DNA of 20,000 nucleotides from an uncultured virus (IMG/VR IMGVR_UViG_3300033148_004385) (taxonomy: Duplodnaviria; Heunggongvirae; Uroviricota; Caudoviricetes): positions 54,259 through 74,258 of IMG/VR virus record IMGVR_UViG_3300033148_004385, one strand, 5' to 3'. Made by a program: the position numbers and the translations under genes. Shown here piece by piece: positions 9,751 through 17,503 of the stretch. How positions within the stretch are numbered: position 1 is the stretch's first letter; the number at the start of each line of letters is the position of its first letter. Below the pieces are notes generated by a model. The model was not told the DNA's origin. It did no database searches and saw only the letters and a list, made by a program, of their open reading frames with translations.

Positions 9751-10725
9751 TTATTTCTTTAGGTCTTCAGCTAAAACAGCATTCCCACATGTAATTCTGC
9801 TAACATCTTCTTCATTTGATGGGATAAAAATTAGAACATCAAACCCTTCTTTAATTAAATCTTTTTCAATTTTAGTATAAGGTGTAAAATACTTTTTTGA
9901 TGATTTAATACCATTAAGAATACACTGCTGTGTTTGGTGTATAGGTGTGATTTTAACCATGAATTTTTCTGGATTAAAAAGTTTTCTTAACTTCTTTGCA
10001 TCCACTTCATATCCATCCGCCAATGCAAAATTTAAAGCATATTTTCTACCAACAGGTTTCATTAATCTTTCACCAATTTCTGATATCTCTTTGAGTTGTA
10101 ATGATTCATTGTTAAACATTGTATTTCTTTGTGAATCTGATGTTGAATTTATAGAAAATTGTAACCCTGCTTCACCTTCGTAATGTTTATTTTTCATGTT
10201 ACACCACATTTGTATTTCATTTTCAAGTAATTTATTTGTGTTTGGAAGCATTGTTGTAAAAACTGGGTGTATAGTATCACATTTTAAACCAGTTGTTTCA
10301 ACTAATTTTTTTAACCCATGTGCAAACCAAATCACATCAGGATTCCAACTTGGTTCACCCATTCTTGTCAAATGTAGGTTTAACCGTTTAGTATATTTAA
10401 CATCCTTCCTCTCATTTATGGCTGTCACAACCTGTTTATTTAAGTTATCAAGCGAAATGTTACCCTGAAATTTTAATAAAGGCACATCACAAAATTGGCA
10501 GTGATGCGGACATCCGTGTTGGGTTGAAATAGTCACAACCCATTTTTCACCCAATGGTAAAACATTACCGTCTGGAACTTCTTCTATTTCCCTTGTTAAA
10601 CCCAGAAAATCAGCCTTAACATTGGCATTACTTCCATAATCACCAATAGACGTAAACTCTAAAGGTTTATTGTCTGCTGTTTCCATTGTGTAAATCACAC
10701 CTGTTGGTACTTTAATTTTATTCAT
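9751..10725 (-). CDS. RlmN/Cfr-like radical SAM protein
   Basis: STQHGCPHHCQFC (CxxxCxxC in RlmN-like context), MGEP, LQFSINS, C-terminal ITCG. Confidence 0.8.
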   Translation of the reverse strand: MNKIKVPTGVIYTMETADNKPLEFTSIGDYGSNANVKADFLGLTREIEEVPDGNVLPLGEKWVVTISTQHGCPHHCQFCDVPLLKFQGNISLDNLNKQVVTAINERKDVKYTKRLNLHLTRMGEPSWNPDVIWFAHGLKKLVETTGLKCDTIHPVFTTMLPNTNKLLENEIQMWCNMKNKHYEGEAGLQFSINSTSDSQRNTMFNNESLQLKEISEIGERLMKPVGRKYALNFALADGYEVDAKKLRKLFNPEKFMVKITPIHQTQQCILNGIKSSKKYFTPYTKIEKDLIKEGFDVLIFIPSNEEDVSRITCGNAVLAEDLKK

Positions 10726-10734
10726 TCCACCCCT

Positions 10735-11595
10735 TTATTGTCTTTCATTTAAAACTTTTCTACTTTCTTGAACACCTATAATATATACCGCTCTTGTCTC
10801 AATTTCACCATCTTCGTCATAACATATAACTTCACCGCTTTTCATGTTATCTTTATATTCACATGTCAATTCAATTTTTCCGTTTTTATAATACCAACTT
10901 TCTTTACCATGTTTTAAACCATCTTTGTAATGAAGTTCTTCTTTTATTTCACCACTATAATAATAAACAATATATTTCCCATGCCATTTACCATCTATAA
11001 AATCTATATCATTTTCTTTTATGCCATTCACATTCCATTCAATAAACTTACCATGTTTTTTTCCATTTTTATATGTACAACTAAGTTTCTTTGTTCCATC
11101 CCTATACCACACTTTACATTCACCATGTTTTTCGCCATTTTTTAAGCCTTCTATTTTACGAATTTTACCATTTCTAAACCATGATATTTTATGTCCATGT
11201 TTTTTTCCTTGTATATAATGTGTTTCTGAAGATATATCACCATTCATATACCAATCAATATATTCACCATCTAAAAAACCATTTTTACCATAAAATTCAC
11301 ATTCTTTATTGCCATTCCTGTACCAGTAAATTTCTTTGACTTCACCATTTTCAGAAAAACATTCTGTATATAACTCACCTGTTTCATACCATGTTTTAGA
11401 TTCGCCATCTCTTTTACCATCTTTATAATTTTCTTCACTTTGTTTTTTACCATCTTCGTAAAAACTTTTATGTGTTCCTTCTTTTTTTCCATTAATATAA
11501 TTACCTTCCATTCCATTAATGTTTTTACCATAACCACTAAAACCATCTTTATTGATTTCATAAGTTAATCCATTATCTTCAACAACCGTTTTCAT
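10735..11595 (-). CDS. MORN-variant repeat protein
   Basis: NGLTYEINKDGFSG leader; many repeats; AGGAGG RBS. Confidence 0.9.
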   Translation of the reverse strand: MKTVVEDNGLTYEINKDGFSGYGKNINGMEGNYINGKKEGTHKSFYEDGKKQSEENYKDGKRDGESKTWYETGELYTECFSENGEVKEIYWYRNGNKECEFYGKNGFLDGEYIDWYMNGDISSETHYIQGKKHGHKISWFRNGKIRKIEGLKNGEKHGECKVWYRDGTKKLSCTYKNGKKHGKFIEWNVNGIKENDIDFIDGKWHGKYIVYYYSGEIKEELHYKDGLKHGKESWYYKNGKIELTCEYKDNMKSGEVICYDEDGEIETRAVYIIGVQESRKVLNERQ

Positions 11596-11600
11596 TTAAA

Positions 11601-11675
11601 CCTCCTAAAATAGTGTAATTGGTGTAACCACCATTAAGACAATTTAATTATATATTATTTGATTTATTTATGCAA
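11601..11675 (-). promoter_or_regulatory. sigma70-like promoter + RBS
   Basis: TTGCAT-17-TATAAT; AGGAGG. Confidence 0.65.
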
Positions 11676-11715
11676 GAATTTTTTTGATTTTAAGATTTCA
11701 TGGGATTTTTTTAGT

Positions 11716-11886
11716 TCACAGTCTTACCATTTTATCTAATAGTAAGACTGTCCACCCAAATAGAACAAATAGAAACCACAACATCAATAATATTAAAAGA
11801 ATTTTCCTAATTCGTTTTTTATTTAAATTGATTCTTATTTTCCATACGTTCCAAGATGTTATCAATATTTTAATTAGAGTACTCAT
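11716..11886 (-). CDS. Small (56 aa) basic/hydrophobic membrane protein, absent from the ORF track
   Basis: MSTLIKILITSWNVWKIRINLNKKRIRKILLILLMLWFLFVLFGWTVLLLDKMVRL; has its own promoter cassette and AGGAG RBS. Confidence 0.7.
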   Translation of the reverse strand: MSTLIKILITSWNVWKIRINLNKKRIRKILLILLMLWFLFVLFGWTVLLLDKMVRL

Positions 11887-11892
11887 ATGATT

Positions 11893-11957
11893 CTCCTACG
11901 AAATCATGGCTTAATTACCATCTGTTTAGAGTATACTGATTTATTTGGATTTGTCAA
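11893..11957 (-). promoter_or_regulatory. Promoter/stem-loop/RBS cassette copy
   Basis: TTGACAAATCC..16-nt spacer..TATACT; AGATGGTAATTAAGCCAT; AGGAG. Confidence 0.85.
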
Positions 11958-11960
11958 GTA

Positions 11961-12314
11961 TTATTTTGGTAGTTTCTTCAAAAAATCTGGCAATACTTTT
12001 ATTAGTGCCTTCATTTGGTCTTCTTTACTTATGCTTTTGTGCCTTTGTTTATGTATATGTATATGTCGTACACTATACATAGCTTTAGCACCCCATGAAT
12101 TATAATATTCTTTAGTATATTCTGGGTTTTGATGTATTATATCTTCAGCACATTTTAAAGCAAACTCCAAACTTTTAATATGTTTTTCTAAAATAGATAT
12201 TTTATCAATCTTAAATGATAATTTATTATTTAACACACCTATTTGTTTTTGTAGTTTAACAATTAAATATTTTGCTTTTTGATGAACGATTTTTGGTATT
12301 TTCTTTGTACTCAT
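11961..12314 (-). CDS. Hypothetical basic protein with coiled-coil-like segment
   Basis: 117 aa ORF; upstream TGnTATAAT and GGGG. Confidence 0.65.
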   Translation of the reverse strand: MSTKKIPKIVHQKAKYLIVKLQKQIGVLNNKLSFKIDKISILEKHIKSLEFALKCAEDIIHQNPEYTKEYYNSWGAKAMYSVRHIHIHKQRHKSISKEDQMKALIKVLPDFLKKLPK

Positions 12315-12362
12315 GTTATAACAACCCCACTTAAAAATTAATTATAACATTTTTTTGGTAAA

Positions 12363-12899
12363 TTAATCAATCATGTAAGAAATACTAACACTTTTATTGT
12401 CACTATTAAATTTCTTTAATGCATTATTTTCTTTATTTTTTTGTTCCATTCTTAAATCTAAATCATTAATCCTGTAATAAACACCAGTATCATCACGTCT
12501 TAATCTATAACGTAAAATAGCTTCTTCCTTCCTGATTTTAATAATTTCTATAAACTTATTAATTATTGCAGATGTATAATAACTAAATGGGGATTTCAAT
12601 GTCCCATCCGCAGATGTTTTAGTTAAATCAAACATGTGGTATTTATTAATGCAATGCATATAAGCATCTTTAATCATTCCATATTTGAATTTATAAGAAT
12701 AAAAATTTCTTCTGTTACTTATTTTAATTGCCATCAGAAAAAATAATGAATGTAGTTTTTTGGTAGCACGACCAAGTTCATTGCTTTTTGTTAATTCTTC
12801 TCTTAATTCTTTATTGCTAAGATACTTACCTTTTTTACCCTTTTTAAGAACATTGATTGCTTCAAGTTCTTCTTGTTTTAATATCTTTAAATCATCCAT
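12363..12899 (-). CDS. 55: T4 gp55-like late-transcription sigma factor
   Basis: YLSNKEL, ISNRRNFYSY, MIKDA...C...FD, PFSYYTSAIINKFIEIIK resemble gp55 motifs (YVNNKEL, LSKRFNFSGY, MIADG, NFD, P.AYITQ..FNAF); start placed at ATG 12899. Confidence 0.82.
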   Translation of the reverse strand: MDDLKILKQEELEAINVLKKGKKGKYLSNKELREELTKSNELGRATKKLHSLFFLMAIKISNRRNFYSYKFKYGMIKDAYMHCINKYHMFDLTKTSADGTLKSPFSYYTSAIINKFIEIIKIRKEEAILRYRLRRDDTGVYYRINDLDLRMEQKNKENNALKKFNSDNKSVSISYMID

Positions 12900-13230
12900 G
12901 TAATACCCTTTTAATGTCTGTTGCAGAACGTTGTAACTTATTATAAATTTTAGCATCAATAAACTCTTTATTGGATATTAAAGCCCCTTTAGTTTGTATA
13001 AAACCAACTTTTGGATAAAAATCAAAAAGTAAATTATAATGTTCTAAATCTGTTAATTTATAAAATGTTTTGTTTAAGTCCTGGATTAAAGCAATACCCT
13101 TTTTATGTAAAGATAAATATCTATTAATCCTGTATTGACTGTATAGTTTTTTTTCTACTATAAACTTATTATTCTTATTCGTAATTGATGCTAAATAAGA
13201 ATATATACTTTGCGGTTTTAATTCAAGCAA
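12892..13230 (-). CDS. 62: T4 gp62-like clamp-loader small subunit
   Basis: YSQYRINRYLS...IQDLN...LTDLEHYNLL resembles the gp62-family Y.PFMINR.LS...NEMN...QYDFL pattern; TTG start, AGAGG RBS. Confidence 0.6.
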   Translation of the reverse strand: MLELKPQSIYSYLASITNKNNKFIVEKKLYSQYRINRYLSLHKKGIALIQDLNKTFYKLTDLEHYNLLFDFYPKVGFIQTKGALISNKEFIDAKIYNKLQRSATDIKRVLHG

Positions 13231-13278
13231 AATAACCTCTTAGTGATAATATGTTTAATGGATTATAATATATCCCAA

Positions 13279-13617
13279 TTATTTAATAAAAATTTCTTTG
13301 GTTATATGTTCCATAAAAGCCCTAACTTCACTTATTTTGTATTCTTTATTATCATCAAAACCATCGTTTTCTTGCATCATTTCCACTAAAATATTTTGAT
13401 TTATTTCAACATCTTCTTTAATTGTTAATAATTGCTTCAGAATTTTTAAAAAATTTCTTTTACCAATTTTAGAATTAACCGTTTTACCAAATATACTTAT
13501 TAACTTTTCAAAACTAAATTGACCAGTTACAATATCATTAAATTCTGAAAAATCAGATTTTGAAAATAAAAACTTATAGAAATCTAACAATAAACTATTT
13601 AAAATTGAACCTTTCAT
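13279..13617 (-). CDS. Hypothetical protein
   Basis: 112 aa ORF; its ATG overlaps the TGA of the duplicated rnh 3' end. Confidence 0.7.
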   Translation of the reverse strand: MKGSILNSLLLDFYKFLFSKSDFSEFNDIVTGQFSFEKLISIFGKTVNSKIGKRNFLKILKQLLTIKEDVEINQNILVEMMQENDGFDDNKEYKISEVRAFMEHITKEIFIK

Positions 13618-13685
13618 TTATACAAACCCCTTATAAAAGAATATCCCATGTTTTGTATAATATATTTATTAATAAATTTGTAATA
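13594..13685. repeat. Direct repeat copy A (rnh 3' end + start of next gene)
   Basis: 13608-13685 matches 14298-14375 at 72/78; match extends through ACTATTTAAA with a 6-nt indel. Confidence 0.92.
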
Positions 13686-13748
13686 CTCTATGTGTTTTAT
13701 ATGAAAATTGTAAAAAACATGGTAAATATCAAAAAAACAAGAAAACAC

Positions 13749-13812
13749 TTGAGAAATCCAAGTAAATCAGTATACTCTAAATAGATGGCAATTAAGCCCT
13801 AATTCATAGGAG
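13749..13812 (+). promoter_or_regulatory. Promoter/stem-loop/RBS cassette copy (inverted orientation)
   Basis: TTGAGA-16-TATACT; AGATGGCAATTAAGCCCT; AGGAG. Confidence 0.85.
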
Positions 13813-13818
13813 AATGAT

Positions 13819-14298
13819 ATGGTAGTAGCAAGAAATAATGAAACAGGCTTAGTTCATGAGCTAAAAGAAGAAATATTCACAGGAATTTATAATAATTGTG
13901 AATATTTAGATGGTGAAAAACATGGGAAATCTATTATCTTTTATGATAATGGAAATAAAAAAATTGAAGAAAATTATAAAAATGGAAAACAACATGGGAA
14001 ACAAATTGAATGGTATGAAAATGGTATTAAATTTGAAGAAAAGAATTATAAAAATGGTGCATTACATGGTAAATATACAGAATGGTATAGAAATGGGAAT
14101 AAAAAATCTATACATTCATATAACGAATGGAAAATCACACTTGGTATTAAGTGGTATGAAAATGGAAATAAAGAATTTGAAATAAATTATAAAGATGGTA
14201 AAAGACACGGTAAAGAAATTTGGTGGCATAAAAATGGTAATAAAAAATCTGAATTAAATTATAAAAATGGGAAACAAATATATTCTTCCACTATTTAA
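13819..14298 (+). CDS. MORN-variant repeat protein, only plus-strand gene
   Basis: TGLVHELKEEIFTG leader; YKNGKQHGKQIEWYENG repeats. Confidence 0.92.
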   Translation: MVVARNNETGLVHELKEEIFTGIYNNCEYLDGEKHGKSIIFYDNGNKKIEENYKNGKQHGKQIEWYENGIKFEEKNYKNGALHGKYTEWYRNGNKKSIHSYNEWKITLGIKWYENGNKEFEINYKDGKRHGKEIWWHKNGNKKSELNYKNGKQIYSSTI

Positions 14299-14375
14299 AC
14301 CTTTCATTTATATAAACTCCTTATAAAAGAATATTCCATGTTTTCTATAAGATATTTATTAATAAATTTATAATA
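14290..14375. repeat. Direct repeat copy B
   Basis: Partner of 13594-13685; core offset 690 bp. Confidence 0.92.
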
Positions 14376-15149
14376 AACCAAAGCTTTTAATTTAGTTCGT
14401 TCCCTATTTTCATATAAAACTTCAATTTCCTTCTTTAAATGTTCGGGTATTCGTGTTAAATCAACCATCCTTAAGTTATGTTCAAAAAGTTCTTCTAATT
14501 TATGACTTTTAAGCCAACTTTCTAATTTATTTGATTTTAATATTTTTAATGCTGTTTGTACACCAACACCCTTTTTTAATTTATGTACACTATCAGCAGC
14601 ATCACCAACAATTGCGTGTATCCTGATGTCATAATCGTCATCCTGAACGACTTTAAAGTTTCTTGGGGATATTTGTATTAAATTCTTATTATGAGTGTGT
14701 AGCTGCTTAAAATCCTTGTCATTTGAGTATATTATAAAGTTTTCATCAGGATTTGTGATTGTAATGTGACCAATTAAATCATCAGCCTCACATTTATAGT
14801 TTTTTAAGAAATTAAAAGGTAAAGCTTCTTCCATTTCTTTTCTAAAAGTATCAACAAATTTAAAAAAATAATCAAAATCTATTTTACTATCATTTCTATT
14901 TTTCTTTCTGTCACCTTTATAGTCAATTTGTTCATCCAAACGCCAATTCTTATAGTCATATAAAACTATAATATCTTTAATTTTGTAATTAAACCTCGTT
15001 TTCACATACATCATTTCTCTTATCATTTTTTTAGCAAATTCAATTTTGAATTGTTTACTTTTTAGTGGTGTGTACTTAGCAACCCCATGTAAAGATTTAA
15101 ACATAAAATTGTTAAAATCTATCAGGACAATATAACTCTTTTTATCCAT
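14304..15149 (-). CDS. rnh: T4-type RNase H / 5'-3' exonuclease (FEN family)
   Basis: LIDFNN, WR...YKGDRKKNR, EADDLIG, SNDKDFKQL, GDAADSV, GVG. Confidence 0.9.
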   Translation of the reverse strand: MDKKSYIVLIDFNNFMFKSLHGVAKYTPLKSKQFKIEFAKKMIREMMYVKTRFNYKIKDIIVLYDYKNWRLDEQIDYKGDRKKNRNDSKIDFDYFFKFVDTFRKEMEEALPFNFLKNYKCEADDLIGHITITNPDENFIIYSNDKDFKQLHTHNKNLIQISPRNFKVVQDDDYDIRIHAIVGDAADSVHKLKKGVGVQTALKILKSNKLESWLKSHKLEELFEHNLRMVDLTRIPEHLKKEIEVLYENRERTKLKALVYYKFINKYLIENMEYSFIRSLYK

Positions 15150-15234
15150 AGTATTTTCCTATTAAAAAATTTAATAGGTTATTATAGGTTTTATTGATTA
15201 TTTAAGGAATTGATTTGTGTGCTATTTTATTATG

Positions 15235-15477
15235 TTACCAACCATCAACATAAAAGGTTTCACTTATTTTGTTACCATCTTCATCCCATTTTGTTTCATC
15301 ACCATGCTTTTCCCCATCTTTGTAATGTCTTTCTAAACGCACATTTCCATTATACCACCATTCTATATATTTACCGTGTATTAACCCATTTTTGCATTCA
15401 GTTCTGGTTTTATATTCACTAATTATTTCAAGAACACCAGTGAATTTTTTACCATCTATCAATGTGATTTTACTCAT
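15235..15477 (-). CDS. Short MORN-variant repeat protein
   Basis: DGKKFTG leader, KNGLIHGKYIEWWYNG; start placed at ATG 15477 after GGAGG. Confidence 0.85.
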   Translation of the reverse strand: MSKITLIDGKKFTGVLEIISEYKTRTECKNGLIHGKYIEWWYNGNVRLERHYKDGEKHGDETKWDEDGNKISETFYVDGW

Positions 15478-15494
15478 TTTATCCTCCATTTTTT

Positions 15495-16181
15495 TTAATA
15501 TTTCATTATTTTCCAACCATCAAAAGCATTTCCCCTTATATATAAATCATTTTTAAATTTATCTTCATGATGGTAAGTTGTCGTATAATCTATCCAATCA
15601 ACTTCTATATCATTTTCTTCAAAACCCAATTCCATTAAATAATGATGCAAAAGGGTTAAACTAATTGTTTCACTATAAAATTTTTTAGTTTCACCAACAA
15701 TAACACCATCAATCATTTTTTTCATGAAATCAATTTCGATACCAATTGCACGGATTCGATTTAAATGGTGTAAAAATTCTTGTGTTGTTAAAACAGTATC
15801 TTTTATATCATTTTTCCCAATGCTATGTTTTAATTCCTGATAACCAGTTTTAACCAATGTTTCTAAATATTCAGGATTTGATTTATATAAAGAATTAAAT
15901 GCCCTGTATAATAAATATTGATATTCTAAACCATCCCTTTTATATTCCTTACCTTTCCAATATAAAATTTGATTTGATTTCCAAGCCTTATTTCGCTTGC
16001 TGCCTTTGCTTTTTGCCTTTATGCCTACCAAATCACATATTTCCCTTTGCTTGGCTATATCAGGAAGTTTTAAGGATTGTAAGAACCCTTCCATGCTGCT
16101 ACATATCACACCATCTATTGTAAAATTGTATTCCTCAAAGTTTGATAATTTAATATCCTGTGTTGAACTTATGTCAATCAT
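15495..16181 (-). CDS. T4 gp30.3-like NADAR-family protein with C-terminal extension
   Basis: LSNF...F.IDGV...SMEGFLQSLK, LYWKG, LKHSIG...DTVLT..EF resemble gp30.3. Confidence 0.75.
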   Translation of the reverse strand: MIDISSTQDIKLSNFEEYNFTIDGVICSSMEGFLQSLKLPDIAKQREICDLVGIKAKSKGSKRNKAWKSNQILYWKGKEYKRDGLEYQYLLYRAFNSLYKSNPEYLETLVKTGYQELKHSIGKNDIKDTVLTTQEFLHHLNRIRAIGIEIDFMKKMIDGVIVGETKKFYSETISLTLLHHYLMELGFEENDIEVDWIDYTTTYHHEDKFKNDLYIRGNAFDGWKIMKY

Positions 16182-16771
16182 AATTTAACTCCATGATTTT
16201 CTAAAAACCAATCTTTAGCTTTTTGTATATCTGTTTTAGAATGTGTTATGTTTTCATTCATATCTACATAAAATTTCCCAACTTCAGCCCAACTTTCAAA
16301 ATCATATATTTGAACCATTAAGTGTAACCTGAATTTCCTTATATTTTTAATTCCAATTTCATGTATTGAATAACCAAATGGTTTGATTTTACCATCTAAA
16401 AATTCTAAGATTGCAGTAGTTCTTTGTAACCCATCAATAATTTGAGAATTATTTTCAGAACCAAACATTCTAAACATCATAATAGTAGTTGAAACACCAG
16501 ATAATAAATTTTCAATAAACTTTTGCTTCATACTTTCATTCCATTTGTCATTTTTTCTTTGAAATGCTGGAACTGCTAATTTTAAAAATTCATTGCTACT
16601 TATTTCAATGTGTTCTTCAAATAAATCATATTCCACATATAACAACATTCCCTGAACGAAACGTTTTAATTCTAAATTAACAGAATAATTTGATTTATTA
16701 AAGCTACTATTCTTACAACCATCTATTACTTCTTGAACTGACTTCTTATGCATTTCTATCCTTTTTAGCAT
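16178..16771 (-). CDS. Stand-alone DUF262-like (ParB/Srx-fold) protein
   Basis: VPAFQR..DKW, FIENLL.G, IIDGLQRTT. Confidence 0.75.
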   Translation of the reverse strand: MLKRIEMHKKSVQEVIDGCKNSSFNKSNYSVNLELKRFVQGMLLYVEYDLFEEHIEISSNEFLKLAVPAFQRKNDKWNESMKQKFIENLLSGVSTTIMMFRMFGSENNSQIIDGLQRTTAILEFLDGKIKPFGYSIHEIGIKNIRKFRLHLMVQIYDFESWAEVGKFYVDMNENITHSKTDIQKAKDWFLENHGVKL

Positions 16772-17351
16772 GGGATATTAAACCTTCTTTGTAACAAACA
16801 CCACAATCACGACCACGACTAAAATTACCATGATTGTAAGGCATTTCATGACCATTTGAACATTTAATAATCAGGGTGTTTTTTGATGTTAAGTTTTTAG
16901 CTTCACCACCAACAATTGTGTAACCCCTTTTTTTTATGTTTTCTTTCATTTCAACAACTTTTTTCTTTATTGCGCACCCATTACATACATATTTACCATT
17001 CATTGCTGTATACATCAATAAACCCCTTTCATTGTCACACTTATTACATGTAATTTTATATGTTGTCATCGTGTTTAAAAGGTAGTTATCACCGATTGAT
17101 GGGTTGATATTGATAATAGTGATATTATATTTTTTTTCAGCTTGTTTTTTAGTAATTTGTTTTAGCTTTCTTTTTTCATATGAACAAATACTACATCCAT
17201 TCCCCGTAACAATGTTACCTAAAAACATGCTTATTTCATGGTTATTTTTACATTTAACCGATATTTTTTCATTAGTGTAAAATTTTTTTCCTAGTTGGTT
17301 GATTGTAAAACCAAATTTATTCAACCTTTCTTCTACTATTTTACGTTTCAT
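16746..17351 (-). CDS. Multi zinc-ribbon (treble-clef-like) protein
   Basis: KCKNNH..GCSIC; CNKC..CNGC; KCSNGH..DCGVC; no nuclease motif seen. Confidence 0.7.
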   Translation of the reverse strand: MKRKIVEERLNKFGFTINQLGKKFYTNEKISVKCKNNHEISMFLGNIVTGNGCSICSYEKRKLKQITKKQAEKKYNITIININPSIGDNYLLNTMTTYKITCNKCDNERGLLMYTAMNGKYVCNGCAIKKKVVEMKENIKKRGYTIVGGEAKNLTSKNTLIIKCSNGHEMPYNHGNFSRGRDCGVCYKEGLISHAKKDRNA

Positions 17352-17357
17352 TTCATT

Positions 17358-17503
17358 CTCCTATAAATATTTTTGTAATTATTTCTTAAAACCTTCCTTT
17401 TCAGGTGGGCTTAATACTGTCATATAACCTTCATAGGCTGTACCCTGATTCGGTTACAACTTCCCATCTATTTATAGTATACAGTTTTTTTTGGATTTGT
17501 CAA
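17358..17503 (-). promoter_or_regulatory. Expanded promoter cassette with a structured ~110-nt leader
   Basis: TTGACAAATCC..16-nt spacer..TATACT; AGATGG[insert]ATTAAGCC; CCT-GAAA-AGG hairpin; AGGAG. Confidence 0.75.

Noticed and set aside
16746..17351. Homing endonuclease
   Set aside because: Only zinc-binding modules seen; no HNH, GIY-YIG or PD-(D/E)XK motif
17380..17470. tRNA, hammerhead ribozyme or known riboswitch
   Set aside because: No cloverleaf or T-loop, no CUGANGA core, and no riboswitch consensus recognised; kept only as an unclassified structured leader
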